Below are positions 39,366 through 49,684 of a stretch of DNA of 52,551 nucleotides, piece by piece. The translations under genes were made by a program, and so were the position numbers. The first letter of the stretch is position 1; each line of letters opens with the position of its first letter. Below the pieces are notes generated by a model. That model saw only the letters and a list, made by a program, of their open reading frames with translations, was not told the DNA's origin and did no database searches. The stretch lies in the sequence record DRR723986_7741; one strand, written 5' to 3'.

Positions 39366-39395
39366 CTACATTTATAGGCTATCCGTCAAATTTCT

Positions 39396-39470
39396 AATCC
39401 ATAAAATAACGTCTTTTTATGGATTATACTCCATAAAAATACGGCTTTTTATGGATTACATTCCATAAAA
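39396..39470. repeat. 32-bp-period palindromic array upstream of the AAA ATPase
   Basis: TCCATAAAA-N8-TTTTATGGA at 39398 and 39430, third half-site at 39462. Confidence 0.85.
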
Positions 39471-39484
39471 GTCTATATTTGAAA

Positions 39485-40603
39485 ATGAAATTTAATAGAA
39501 TTCATTTTCATAACCTTTCTGTACAGTTAGAAAACAGGAAAGTAATATTGCTTATTGGCCCACGCCAAGTTGGGAAAACTACGCTTATCAATGATTTGCT
39601 AATAGGAAAAGAATATCTATCTCTAGATGGAGACGACCCAACGACCCGAAGGCTGCTGGACACACCAAATACTATGCAGCTCAAATCAATCATCGGCGAC
39701 TATAAATATGTATTCATCGACGAAGCTCAGCGTATCCAGAATATAGGCATCACAGCAAAAATAATTCACGATCAAATTCCAGATTTGCGACTAATACTGA
39801 GCGGCTCATCCTCATTTGAGCTCTCAGGCTTAACCCAAGAACCACTTACCAGTAGAAAAATAACATTTCACCTCTACCCCATCAGCTGGAAGGAATTCGA
39901 ACAAACCATCGGATATGTTGCTGCAGAACAGGATTTGACTAACCGGCTTGTTTATGGTTTCTATCCAGAAATTATCACAAATGTAAGTGAACAAGAAACG
40001 CTTTTATATGAACTCACAGAAAGCTATCTATATAAAGATGTGCTTGCACTAGGAGTCATAAAAAAGCAAGATGTAATCTTTCGCCTCTTACAGCTTTTAG
40101 CTTTTCAGATGGGCAGTGAAGTTTCTTACAATGAACTTTCCAGATCTCTTCAAGTCGATGTCAAAACTGTCATTAGTTATATTGATTTACTCGAACAAGC
40201 GTATGTAATCTACCGTCTGGGCACCTTCAGCAGGAATCTGAGAAAGGAAATTAAGATGAATAAGAAAATCTATTTCTATGATAATGGCGTGCGCAATGCA
40301 CTGATCAAAAACTTACAGCCACTTGCCTTAAGAAACGATATTGGAGCGCTTTGGGAAAACTTCCTGATGGCCGAAAGACTGAAATTTCTAGAATATTCAG
40401 GCACAAGAGTCAACAGCTATTTTTGGAGAACAAAAAATCAGCAGGAACTGGATTACCTAGAGGAAAAAGACGGGAAATTGAATGCTTATGAATTCAAATG
40501 GAATCCAGATTCGAAGTTTTCAATTCCTTCCGCCTTCAAAGAAACGTACACTGCTGATTACAAATTAGTCCACAGAAAAAATTTCAGAGAATTTATCTTA
40601 TAA
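39485..40603 (+). CDS. AAA_14 ATPase with DUF4143 (wHTH and PD-(D/E)xK-like C-terminus)
   Basis: GPRQVGKTT, FIDEAQ, SGSSS, KIYFYDNG, FWRT..QQELDY...YEFKW. Confidence 0.88.
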   Translation: MKFNRIHFHNLSVQLENRKVILLIGPRQVGKTTLINDLLIGKEYLSLDGDDPTTRRLLDTPNTMQLKSIIGDYKYVFIDEAQRIQNIGITAKIIHDQIPDLRLILSGSSSFELSGLTQEPLTSRKITFHLYPISWKEFEQTIGYVAAEQDLTNRLVYGFYPEIITNVSEQETLLYELTESYLYKDVLALGVIKKQDVIFRLLQLLAFQMGSEVSYNELSRSLQVDVKTVISYIDLLEQAYVIYRLGTFSRNLRKEIKMNKKIYFYDNGVRNALIKNLQPLALRNDIGALWENFLMAERLKFLEYSGTRVNSYFWRTKNQQELDYLEEKDGKLNAYEFKWNPDSKFSIPSAFKETYTADYKLVHRKNFREFIL

Positions 40604-40610
40604 ATCTAAA

Positions 40611-41360
40611 TCACTTCTCCCTCACGACTCCCTTAAGGTCTTCCAGAGGAAATTCCAGTTCAGTATATCCAAGCGCATAAGGACCGATTTCATAAGGGAT
40701 GTATGTCAGGTGGAGTTTATCGTTTTCATAGCCAATCGCATTGGGTAGAAAGAAACCTGTTTCCGGCAAAAAGAATCCTGCTTCCTCCAATGACTTTCCT
40801 TCTTCTACTTCATGGTGGTTACGGAATGCTTGCTCTGTTAGTGCGAGCATCTTTTTTTCGTCCAACACCACGCGATCAATACTCAGATATTCTCCGGTCT
40901 GTTTATCAAAGTTCATATAATAAACACTTGAGTTAGGATGTGCTCCTCCTGAAAAATTATATTCAGAAAATTTAAAACTCAGCGTGCTGTCTGATTCATA
41001 ACTCTTCTCTACATTCACTTCAATAGCCCAACCTCCTGGAGCATCCGGAAAATCTGATTTAAATTCCTCGTAAGAATTCAAATATTCCTTGGCTGCAGAA
41101 TCTAGATTATTGTAAGTTTTATCCTGTTGAAAGTATGCCAATAATTGCTGACTTACTTCCTCATTAATTGAAGAAGCTGCTGGTGCATTTTCAGCGACTG
41201 GCCAAGTCAATTCAACCTTCGCACAATTGTCATCTATGCATCTTTCAGAAGTAAAGGTTTTGGTTTTAAAGTCTAGCTGCTCTACAATTTGCTCCTCAAC
41301 TTTCGTTGGTTTGCTACAGGCTACACATAGGAATGCTACTATAATTACTAGATATTTCAT
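40611..41360 (-). CDS. DUF4163/DUF3298 (RsiV-like) lipoprotein
   Basis: Lipobox CVAC, GGAHPN, PYEIGPYA. Confidence 0.8.
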   Translation of the reverse strand: MKYLVIIVAFLCVACSKPTKVEEQIVEQLDFKTKTFTSERCIDDNCAKVELTWPVAENAPAASSINEEVSQQLLAYFQQDKTYNNLDSAAKEYLNSYEEFKSDFPDAPGGWAIEVNVEKSYESDSTLSFKFSEYNFSGGAHPNSSVYYMNFDKQTGEYLSIDRVVLDEKKMLALTEQAFRNHHEVEEGKSLEEAGFFLPETGFFLPNAIGYENDKLHLTYIPYEIGPYALGYTELEFPLEDLKGVVREK

Positions 41361-41366
41361 TTATTG

Positions 41367-42359
41367 TTATTCATTGGATTGGAAAAAAGTAGTGATCAAA
41401 TCCCTCGCCAAAGACAAAGGACTGAGTTCACCATTTTCTACTCGAGCACGATTTTGCCGAAGCAATTCCTGCACTTGCTGGTGCTCCATGAAGAATTTCC
41501 CTAATAAAAACTGTAGGTTTTCATCCAACCAATTTAACCTCTGAGAAGCACGGTTTGATTCCCAAAATCCTGATAGTTGCATTTGGCTAGCATACTTTTG
41601 AATTGTTTCCCAAATATCACTCAATCCCTCCTTGGTTAATGAAGAAGCTGTCATCACGGGAGTTGACCAGTTATTTTCTCCTAATGGAAAAAGATGCAGC
41701 GCATTTTCATAGGATGATTTTGCCTTTTTGGCACTGCTAAGGTTTTCTCCATCAGCCTTATGGATCACTACCCCATCAGCCATTTCCATTATGCCTTTTT
41801 TGATTCCCTGTAGCTCATCTCCAGCACCTGCTAGCATGAGTAAAAGAAAGAAATCTACCATGCTTTTTACAGCAGTTTCTGATTGCCCTACACCCACTGT
41901 CTCAATCAAAATCACATCAAAACCTGCTGCTTCACAGAGCAACATGGCTTCTCTGGTTTTTGAACTCACTCCACCTAAAGTTGTGCCTGTAGGACTAGGC
42001 CGAATGAAGGCCCGTTTATCTCCGGCCAACTTTTCCATTCGGGTTTTATCTCCAAGAATACTTCCCTTACTTTTTTGACTGGAAGGGTCCACTGCCAAAA
42101 CGGCAACTGATTTTCCTTGCGCTACAAGCACCTGTCCAAAGGCTTCTATAAAGGTGCTTTTCCCTACACCTGGAACTCCAGTGATTCCTATTCTAATTGA
42201 CTTCCCTGTATAAGGCAAAATCTCCTGAACTAAGTCAGAAGCAAGATTGAGGTCTGTTTCCAGTGAACTTTCAGCCAAGGTAATTGCCTGGCTGAGTTTC
42301 GTTCTATCGCCAGAAAGAACGCCTTCTTTATATTCCTGTAGCGTGAAGCGTTTTCTCAT
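41367..42359 (-). CDS. meaB: Methylmalonyl-CoA mutase-associated GTPase MeaB
   Basis: GITGVPGVGKST, AVDPSS..GSILGDKTRM, ETVGVGQSE, GDELQGIKKG. Confidence 0.95.
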   Translation of the reverse strand: MRKRFTLQEYKEGVLSGDRTKLSQAITLAESSLETDLNLASDLVQEILPYTGKSIRIGITGVPGVGKSTFIEAFGQVLVAQGKSVAVLAVDPSSQKSKGSILGDKTRMEKLAGDKRAFIRPSPTGTTLGGVSSKTREAMLLCEAAGFDVILIETVGVGQSETAVKSMVDFFLLLMLAGAGDELQGIKKGIMEMADGVVIHKADGENLSSAKKAKSSYENALHLFPLGENNWSTPVMTASSLTKEGLSDIWETIQKYASQMQLSGFWESNRASQRLNWLDENLQFLLGKFFMEHQQVQELLRQNRARVENGELSPLSLARDLITTFFQSNE

Positions 42360-42763
42360 TTTGGATAACCATCGGTAAAACTAACATCGCCCATTGGGCT
42401 TTTTTGGTAGGTAGCGATCACGTAAGGTTGCATAGCTTCCATGAAATATGGTTCAGTTGGGGAAAGTTTGATTTCCTGATCAATCTCATCTTTGAAAAAG
42501 AAAACCACCGTTTTACCATACTTGGTGTGTGGCATAGCATCACCATATTCACGCATCCAATCTTTAGAACTATCCAATGCTTTAATCGCATATACCCGTA
42601 CCACCGGCCCTGTATTATTCTCATTTCTAAAGCTTGACAATTCTTTGTACTTCCCATCGAATCGCTCCATTCCAGGCTGAGAAAGAGAATCCAAAGATAT
42701 ATAAACAATAAGTCCGCCCACGATTAGGGCGATAATCCAGAAAATGATTTTAGAGCTTTTCAA
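42356..42763 (-). CDS. Hypothetical membrane-anchored protein
   Basis: TTG start, N-terminal TM, 4-bp overlap with meaB. Confidence 0.7.
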   Translation of the reverse strand: MKSSKIIFWIIALIVGGLIVYISLDSLSQPGMERFDGKYKELSSFRNENNTGPVVRVYAIKALDSSKDWMREYGDAMPHTKYGKTVVFFFKDEIDQEIKLSPTEPYFMEAMQPYVIATYQKSPMGDVSFTDGYPK

Positions 42764-42815
42764 AAACTAGTGCGGTTATAAAGATTAGGCCTTAATTTAG
42801 CCGAAAATTCCGAGA

Positions 42816-43352
42816 ATGACTTTCGAGTACCTCAAAGCACTTCACATCATTTTTGTAGTCACCTGGTTTGCAGGGCTATTTTATATCGTTCGATTATTCA
42901 TCTATCAGACTGAAGCGATGGAACGCCCTGAAGCGGAGCGAAATATTCTCAAACCTCAGCTGGACTTAATGGCTTCCCGTCTCTGGTATATCATTACCTG
43001 GCCATCGGCAGTTCTCACATTGATCTTTGGGACGCTGGTTTTGACACACCGAATGGAGTTTTTGCAGCTGCCTTTTATGCACGCCAAACTCGGTTTTGTA
43101 TTCCTACTCTACTGTTATCATGGCTGGTGCCACAAACTCTTCAAAGAACTGCAAGCTGGCCGAACTAGATGGACTTCCACTCAGTTAAGAATTTGGAATG
43201 AGGCGTCCACCTTACTACTCTTTGCGATTGTGTTTTTAATTGTGTTGAAAAGCACACTTAGCATGGTATGGGGTTTAGCTGGATTAATCACCCTAGGAGT
43301 AACGCTGATGCTAGCTATCAGACTTTACAAAAAATTTAGAAATAAAGCTTAA
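42816..43352 (+). CDS. hemJ: Protoporphyrinogen oxidase HemJ
   Basis: KALHIIFVVTWFAGLFYIVRLFIY, HAKL, R.WNE. Confidence 0.88.
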   Translation: MTFEYLKALHIIFVVTWFAGLFYIVRLFIYQTEAMERPEAERNILKPQLDLMASRLWYIITWPSAVLTLIFGTLVLTHRMEFLQLPFMHAKLGFVFLLYCYHGWCHKLFKELQAGRTRWTSTQLRIWNEASTLLLFAIVFLIVLKSTLSMVWGLAGLITLGVTLMLAIRLYKKFRNKA

Positions 43353-43357
43353 CCATT

Positions 43358-44008
43358 ATGCATACTAAGTTTTCGATACTTTCGATTCTTCTGATTTCAC
43401 TCCTATTTTCTCAGTGCAAACCTGCTGCAGAAAACAACACACCACTTCCAAAGCTAGGGAATTGGCATGTGGATGAAAAAACAGTGGACGGAAAGGTTGT
43501 TCAGGATACTGTTTATCATACCATCGCTGATTTTTCTTTCACAAATCAAGATGGAGAAACAGTAAACAATGAATCAGTAAAGGGAAAGGTATATGTAGCT
43601 GATTTCTTTTTTACCACCTGCCCGACAATTTGTCCCATCATGAAAAAGGAAATGATACGTGTGTATGAGAAGTTCGGAGACAATCCCAACTTCAAAATCC
43701 TAAGTCACACGATTGACCCTACACATGACACGGAAGAAGTATTAAAGGATTATGCTCAAAAACTGGGGATAGAAAACGCTACGACTTGGAATTTCTTAAC
43801 AGGAGAAGCGGAGAAAATCTATGAATTGGGACAAACTAGCTACATCACCACTGCTCAAGAAGATCAAAATGAAGCAGGGGGATTTCTTCACTCAGGCGCT
43901 TTTCTTTTGATAGATCAAGAAGGCCATATCAGAGGAGTTTATGACGGAACGAAAACTGATCAAGTGGATCAATTGATGCAGGATATTCCAAAGATTTTGG
44001 GAGAATGA
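43358..44008 (+). CDS. SCO1/SenC copper chaperone lipoprotein
   Basis: FFFTTCPTICP, IDPTHD, conserved His in FLHSG. Confidence 0.92.
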   Translation: MHTKFSILSILLISLLFSQCKPAAENNTPLPKLGNWHVDEKTVDGKVVQDTVYHTIADFSFTNQDGETVNNESVKGKVYVADFFFTTCPTICPIMKKEMIRVYEKFGDNPNFKILSHTIDPTHDTEEVLKDYAQKLGIENATTWNFLTGEAEKIYELGQTSYITTAQEDQNEAGGFLHSGAFLLIDQEGHIRGVYDGTKTDQVDQLMQDIPKILGE

Positions 44009-44445
44009 AAAAATACCTGATCATTCTGCTTTTTGCAGTAGCATGCAGCCCGAAAAACTCTAAAGAAGAGAATACACTTTCTCAGATAGAAGATCCAGAG
44101 GTGATGAAATATGCAGTGGAAGGCAAGACTATCTACGAAAATCACTGTGGAAACTGCCATCAAAACGACGGTTTGGGACTAGGAAATTTAATTCCCCCAT
44201 TGAGAGACGCAGACTATTTTCAAGAAAGTGTCCATCGCTCAATTTGGATCATGAAATATGGACAAGAAGGCGAGATCGTAGTAAATGGTCAGGTGTATAA
44301 TCAGCCAATGCCCGCAAGTCCAAAACTCACGCCTTTGGAAATCTCCCAAATTAGCACATACCTTTATAATATCTGGGGGATGAGTGAAGGTAAAATCACC
44401 TCCAAACAGGTTGAAAAATATCTTCAGGAAAAACCAGTGTTTTGA
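44005..44445 (+). CDS. Cytochrome c lipoprotein
   Basis: Lipobox AVAC, CGNCH heme motif, distal Met in QPMP. Confidence 0.9.
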   Translation: MKKYLIILLFAVACSPKNSKEENTLSQIEDPEVMKYAVEGKTIYENHCGNCHQNDGLGLGNLIPPLRDADYFQESVHRSIWIMKYGQEGEIVVNGQVYNQPMPASPKLTPLEISQISTYLYNIWGMSEGKITSKQVEKYLQEKPVF

Positions 44446-44865
44446 CTATTTAAGCAATTCGTCTGCCTTGGCTAATGCTTCTTTCATTTCCACATTCACT
44501 TCGGTTACAAGTTCCATTTGCGCTTCAAGGTATTTCTTAATCTCTTCGGGTGACTGATCTCCATCCTTAGGCTCATATTGACGCATCCATATAAACATTG
44601 CTTCGTGCGCATGATTTAGATCGTAGGCAAGTGCTTTATATTCCTGGATTCGGGATGAATCTTCAGAGCTTTCGCTTTCTAATTCTTCCACCTTTTCCAA
44701 GGCTTTTCTCTCAAGAGATTTAAGCTGACCCATTTTTGGCATGACCTCGTCATGCACTGCAATTACTTCTTCTCGTAAGAGCTCATTCTCACTTGGCCCC
44801 TTTGGGCCACAGGCATTAATCACAAAAAATGAGGATAAAATCAAAAATAGAATAGTTCGCTTCAT
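44446..44865 (-). CDS. Helical lipoprotein, hypothetical
   Basis: Lipobox INAC, VHDEVMPKM, AMFIWM; start at ATG 44865. Confidence 0.7.
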   Translation of the reverse strand: MKRTILFLILSSFFVINACGPKGPSENELLREEVIAVHDEVMPKMGQLKSLERKALEKVEELESESSEDSSRIQEYKALAYDLNHAHEAMFIWMRQYEPKDGDQSPEEIKKYLEAQMELVTEVNVEMKEALAKADELLK

Positions 44866-44993
44866 AATTGCTAGATTATTGTGCCGCAAAGTTACTATTT
44901 AATCTATAAATAGTAGTATAAACATAGATGTTTATAGAAGGTGATTTATTCGGCGATTGCTATTATTTTTAGGTGCTCTAAAACAGGAACACT

Positions 44994-45815
44994 ATGAAAC
45001 CATTTTGCTTTGCCGATGGGCAAATTATATCTTCAGAAAAAGCCACTATGCACCCGATGGACTTAGGTCTTATCCGGGGATATGGAATTTTTGATTTTTT
45101 TAGAACAGTTAATTTCAAACCACTTTTCCTAGAAAGCTACCTCGATAGATTTTTGGCTTCAGCTGATAAAACCTTTCTACCCATGGATTATTCCCGTGCA
45201 GAATTGAAAGCCATAATCCATGAATTAGTTGAGAAAAACAATCTAAAAGAAGGAGGAATTCGAATGGTGTTAAGTGGTGGAGTTTCACCAAATCACTTTT
45301 CCCCCGCCAAAGGAAAGCTATTTATTTTTGCAGAATCATTGATTTTCCCAGCTCAGGAGAAATATGAAAAGGGCATCAAATTACTCTCGCTAGAGTATGT
45401 ACGCCCGATCGCAGAAATCAAGACAACCAATTACGCATACCCCGTTTGGGACAGTATGAGATGGAAAGAAGCAGGAGCTGAAGATGTACTCTATCACCTA
45501 AATGGCAACCTGAGCGAGAGTTCCAGAAGCAATTTCTTCATCGTAAAAGATGGAGTAATCAGTACTCCAGACTCCCATGTGTTGATGGGAATTACCCGGA
45601 AAAACGTCATCGACCTAGCTGGTGAAGTGCAAATTAGGCCTATCAGCATGCAGGAAGCACTGAATGCTGATGAAGCTTTTATAACCAGTACCACCAAAGT
45701 ACTACTGCCAGTAACCCAGATTGATGAGCACGAAATTGGCACTGGTAAACCTGGGTCTGTTTCTCTTGGTTTGCTGGAAAAATTCCGAGACTTGGAAAAA
45801 GAGCTTTGTTATTAA
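44994..45815 (+). CDS. Aminotransferase class IV (IlvE/Dat/PabC family)
   Basis: RGYGIFD, KTTNY, LMGITR, DEAFITST. Confidence 0.9.
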   Translation: MKPFCFADGQIISSEKATMHPMDLGLIRGYGIFDFFRTVNFKPLFLESYLDRFLASADKTFLPMDYSRAELKAIIHELVEKNNLKEGGIRMVLSGGVSPNHFSPAKGKLFIFAESLIFPAQEKYEKGIKLLSLEYVRPIAEIKTTNYAYPVWDSMRWKEAGAEDVLYHLNGNLSESSRSNFFIVKDGVISTPDSHVLMGITRKNVIDLAGEVQIRPISMQEALNADEAFITSTTKVLLPVTQIDEHEIGTGKPGSVSLGLLEKFRDLEKELCY

Positions 45816-45861
45816 TTTAAAGGCTAAAGGTTTGAAGGTTCGAAAATGATCAAAAGCCTTT

Positions 45862-46302
45862 TCATTTTACAAGCGTAGCATTTTTCATAATGTACATGAG
45901 CTTTTCAGGATCCTTGCTATTTAAAGTCAGCGTACCACGCACTCTTACTCTATTCGACGTGTATTTGATAGGCGAAGCCATATCCACTTCCATTACAGTC
46001 TCAGGACCTCCAGAACCGCAAAAGAAGCATTCAGCTAGTGGTAAGCTCGAAAGAATAATATGCTCAGGTTTGAACATCCCTTCAAATGGAATGATATAGC
46101 CGTCAGCCTCCACTACCTTGCCCTCCATCTTGGTGATATTTTCTGAAAAAACAGGAACATATAATTCCCCATATTCATCTTCAGAGATTTTATACGTAAC
46201 CTCTGTAAGGTTTTTCCAAACATTCGTGCTTTGAGCCACAAGGGAAACTTGTCCTAAAATCATCACTGTAACTGCCAGAAGGGCTATTTTTATCGTTCTC
46301 AT
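45862..46302 (-). CDS. DUF3299-like exported protein
   Basis: Signal peptide, GYIIP, CFFCG. Confidence 0.65.
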   Translation of the reverse strand: MRTIKIALLAVTVMILGQVSLVAQSTNVWKNLTEVTYKISEDEYGELYVPVFSENITKMEGKVVEADGYIIPFEGMFKPEHIILSSLPLAECFFCGSGGPETVMEVDMASPIKYTSNRVRVRGTLTLNSKDPEKLMYIMKNATLVK

Positions 46303-46329
46303 ATATTCGGGTTTTAAATCAGGCGCTAG

Positions 46330-47595
46330 TTAAGCCTTTGTTAATTGCTTTGCAATACTTGTTTGATAAGCTGCGAATGCTGGTATAAAAGAGGCCAAAA
46401 CTCCTACCGTTAACGCATAAACTACTATCCAAAGTTCTTGTTTTAGGAAAATCCATGGCTGAAGAGACCCAACTACGCCTTGTTCATTTTGAGAAATAAT
46501 TACAGACAGAAAAGTATGACCAAGTAAAATTCCGAGAATTGCACCCATAAAGGTTAGCATAATTCCTTCCAGAAAAATCAGGAGTAAAAGCTGCCCTCTG
46601 GAAGCACCAATTGCTCTTAAAATCGCCAGATCGTATTTTCTCTCCTTCAATGAATTGTAAAGCGCAATGAAAATCCCTAGTCCGGATATCCCGATTATAA
46701 CTACCGCCAGGCCCTGCAACAAAGTAATTCCAACACCCAGCAATTCGAATAGTCTAGACATCTCAAATGATGGAGAAGCTGCTTGCATTGAAGTTCCCGA
46801 ATTAATCAATCGCGGGAGCTGAATGGCAGCCATTGGGTTTCTATATTGAATCAAAAGCGTGGTCAATTCTCTGGATTCGGTAGTTTTTGGAAAACCTTTG
46901 ATCGCTACATCCTCCTGAAGATTTAATACCTGATGTTCTTCGTGTGTAGCGGTAGAGTCAGAAGGCTCTGTGCCCCCTTCATCATGGGTATACCAAATGG
47001 ACTCCACACTCGTCAGAATCAATCGGTCGAGCACATTGCCTTTTCGCTCTAATACGCCTACAACTTTAAAATTATTCGCATCATGCTCATGGCTTCCTAC
47101 ACTGATACCATGACTTCCCAAAAACTCGTCCCCTACTTTAAAGCCAGACCTCTCCGAAACTTCTGCGCCCAAGACTACCTCAAAGGGTTTTTGCCAAAGC
47201 GATCCATCATCAGCAAGGCTAGCCTCATAGAGAGCCGGATAATCATGATTGGTACCAACTATCCGAAAACCCTGATAATTATCCCCCAAAGCCATTGGGA
47301 TGATGTTTTTCACCAAACGATTTCTGGAAAGCTTTTGAGCTTCATCCATCGGAATATTTCCTGTGGGAAAATCTATGTGATAAACCCCTGCTAAAATCAA
47401 TTGAAGCGGACTGCCTTTTGCTCCGACGACCAAGTCAATTCCGGCTGCATCCTGATTCATCTTCTTCTCAAACTGGTCCTGAATAAGAAGCAACACTGTG
47501 ATAATAGCCAGTCCAAGTGCAAGCAAAAAAACATTTAAACTCGTGGAGAGCGGCCTAAACGTCAAATATTTCCAACTTAGTTTAAATAAATTCAT
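46330..47595 (-). CDS. MacB/FtsX-family ABC permease with His-rich loops
   Basis: IDLVVGAKGSPLQL, ALGDNY.GFRIVGT, ER..DLAILRAIGA. Confidence 0.88.
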   Translation of the reverse strand: MNLFKLSWKYLTFRPLSTSLNVFLLALGLAIITVLLLIQDQFEKKMNQDAAGIDLVVGAKGSPLQLILAGVYHIDFPTGNIPMDEAQKLSRNRLVKNIIPMALGDNYQGFRIVGTNHDYPALYEASLADDGSLWQKPFEVVLGAEVSERSGFKVGDEFLGSHGISVGSHEHDANNFKVVGVLERKGNVLDRLILTSVESIWYTHDEGGTEPSDSTATHEEHQVLNLQEDVAIKGFPKTTESRELTTLLIQYRNPMAAIQLPRLINSGTSMQAASPSFEMSRLFELLGVGITLLQGLAVVIIGISGLGIFIALYNSLKERKYDLAILRAIGASRGQLLLLIFLEGIMLTFMGAILGILLGHTFLSVIISQNEQGVVGSLQPWIFLKQELWIVVYALTVGVLASFIPAFAAYQTSIAKQLTKA

Positions 47596-48224
47596 GCTGA
47601 TTTTACTTCTACAAAATTTGCAATATGTGATTTCACACGTTGATCATGCGTGACAATAATCAAAGCAGCACCGATTTTAGCCGCCTGAGTTTTAAGAAGC
47701 TTAATAACATTCTCCGCATTTTGATCATCCAAACTTGAAGTAGGCTCATCGGCCAGGATTAATTTCGGCTTATTTGCTAGCGCTCTAGCAATAGAAACTC
47801 GCTGAGCTTCCCCTTCACTTAATGTTAATACTGAGGATTTAGCTTTTGCCGCCAGTCCCAATTCCCCGAGTAATTCCTCAATATTTTGTCCCTCTTTTTT
47901 ACTGAAAAAATGAGCCATCTGAAGATTCTCTTTCACATTTAGTGCAGCCAAAAGATGTGGTTTTTGAAAAACAATTCCGATTTCTTTTCCTCTGAACAAA
48001 TCCAACTCCTGCCCATTCAAAGTGGCTAAATTCTTACCGGACAATAGTATTTCACCTGTTTCCGGCTTGAGTAATCCAGCAAGTAAGTTCAACAGGGTTG
48101 TTTTGCCAGAACCAGATTTACCTAGCACCAAAAGACTTTCGCCCGCCTCCAAAGCTATATCCGGGAAAATCATTTTTTGTTGGCCGAGATGGGTGTATTC
48201 TATCTTTTTTGATTCAAAAAGCAT
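47592..48224 (-). CDS. ABC ATP-binding protein (LolD-like)
   Basis: GKSGSGKT, LSEGEAQR, ADEPT, VTHD. Confidence 0.92.
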   Translation of the reverse strand: MLFESKKIEYTHLGQQKMIFPDIALEAGESLLVLGKSGSGKTTLLNLLAGLLKPETGEILLSGKNLATLNGQELDLFRGKEIGIVFQKPHLLAALNVKENLQMAHFFSKKEGQNIEELLGELGLAAKAKSSVLTLSEGEAQRVSIARALANKPKLILADEPTSSLDDQNAENVIKLLKTQAAKIGAALIIVTHDQRVKSHIANFVEVKSA

Positions 48225-48226
48225 AA

Positions 48227-49402
48227 TTAACTAACGGGGATTTCTACTTTGAAGGTTGTGCCCTGTTTGGTATCACTAGCAAAGCTAATCTGCCCCTTCA
48301 GCACATCGATACATTTTTTCACGATTGAAAGCCCCAATCCTGAGCCCTCTACAATTCCTACATTCTTTGCTCTGAAAAAACGCTCAAAAAGCTGTCCTTG
48401 CTCAGCCTCTGGAATACCAATCCCCTTATCTTCAATCGTTCCTACTAATTTTTTACCCTCATATTCCAATTTAAAAATAACTTCCTGGCCATCCTTGGAA
48501 TATTTCACGCTATTGGATAAAAGGTTTTCGAATATCTGATATAAAAGCTCACTATCCGAAGTGATTACTTTGGGAAGGTTGACCAGTTCAGTTTTAATTT
48601 TCACATCGTTTTCTTTGCTTGCGCTGACGGTATCCAAAACTTCTTTCACAAAAGCACCTAGGAACATCTTTTTGGGTTTGAATTCGATTTTATCCGCATC
48701 TGCTTTTCCAAAAAACAAAACGCTGGTCAGCAGATTGTTCAATGCTCTCACTGAATTTTCAATTTTGAAAGCATGCTTAGTAATCTTAGGCTTGAATGGG
48801 TGATCTTTCTCAGCATACAGCTGAAGCAATTGCGCGGAGCTTAAAATCGATGTAAGTGGAGTTTTGAACCCATGAGAAACGTTAAGTACTATTCTAGATT
48901 TTAATTCATTGATTTCACGCTCCTTTTCCAATGCCTTCATCAACTCCTTATTGGCATTATAAAGCTCAATAGTACGTTGTTTTACTTTTTCTTCCAGCTC
49001 ATTATTGAGCTTTTGAAGTTCTTTTTCCTTCCGGTCCTTATAGATCGCCAGTTCAATCACCATGTTTAACTCACGAATGTTAAACGGCTTGATCACATAG
49101 GCACTAGGATTAGTACCTACCACCTTATTAAGTGTCTCAGCATCAGAGCTCGCACTTAAATAAACTACCGGAACATCATAGATCTCGTTGATGATTTCGG
49201 TGGTTTTTATTCCATCCAACTCTCCCGCCAGATTGATATCCATCATCACCATGTCGGCATGGTTTTCAGCTAAAATATCAAGAGCTTTTTCTCCAGAATC
49301 CGCTATTCCAAGTATTTCGTGTCTGTTTTTCTCTAAGGCTCGCTGAAGTAAAAGTGCTGAAACAGGATCGTCTTCAACGATGAGAATTTTGAGGCTAAAC
49401 AT
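48227..49402 (-). CDS. Receiver-HisKA-HATPase hybrid signalling protein
   Basis: IVEDD..MDI..KPF receiver; SHGFKTPL H-box; N, G1, F and G2 boxes. Confidence 0.9.
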   Translation of the reverse strand: MFSLKILIVEDDPVSALLLQRALEKNRHEILGIADSGEKALDILAENHADMVMMDINLAGELDGIKTTEIINEIYDVPVVYLSASSDAETLNKVVGTNPSAYVIKPFNIRELNMVIELAIYKDRKEKELQKLNNELEEKVKQRTIELYNANKELMKALEKEREINELKSRIVLNVSHGFKTPLTSILSSAQLLQLYAEKDHPFKPKITKHAFKIENSVRALNNLLTSVLFFGKADADKIEFKPKKMFLGAFVKEVLDTVSASKENDVKIKTELVNLPKVITSDSELLYQIFENLLSNSVKYSKDGQEVIFKLEYEGKKLVGTIEDKGIGIPEAEQGQLFERFFRAKNVGIVEGSGLGLSIVKKCIDVLKGQISFASDTKQGTTFKVEIPVS

Positions 49403-49684
49403 AGATGATGTTGGATGTGATAAATCTATTTAGAACCGAAAATATAAAAAATATATGTCTACCTAGTGGAAATAGAATAAATGCTGCATAAAAGCACCTT
49501 ATCTGCTCCATTACTTTATAAAATTCCCTTGAGTAAGAGAACAGACCTGTGACTTGTTGCTTTGCTATGGATATAATCTGTCGTGATTTTTAAAGAATCA
49601 CCGAATTCCCAGCATATTGTCATCCTTTTCTTTTGTGGGTGGTGGGTTTATTATATTTTTGTGCCAAACTATAGAAATCGCATC

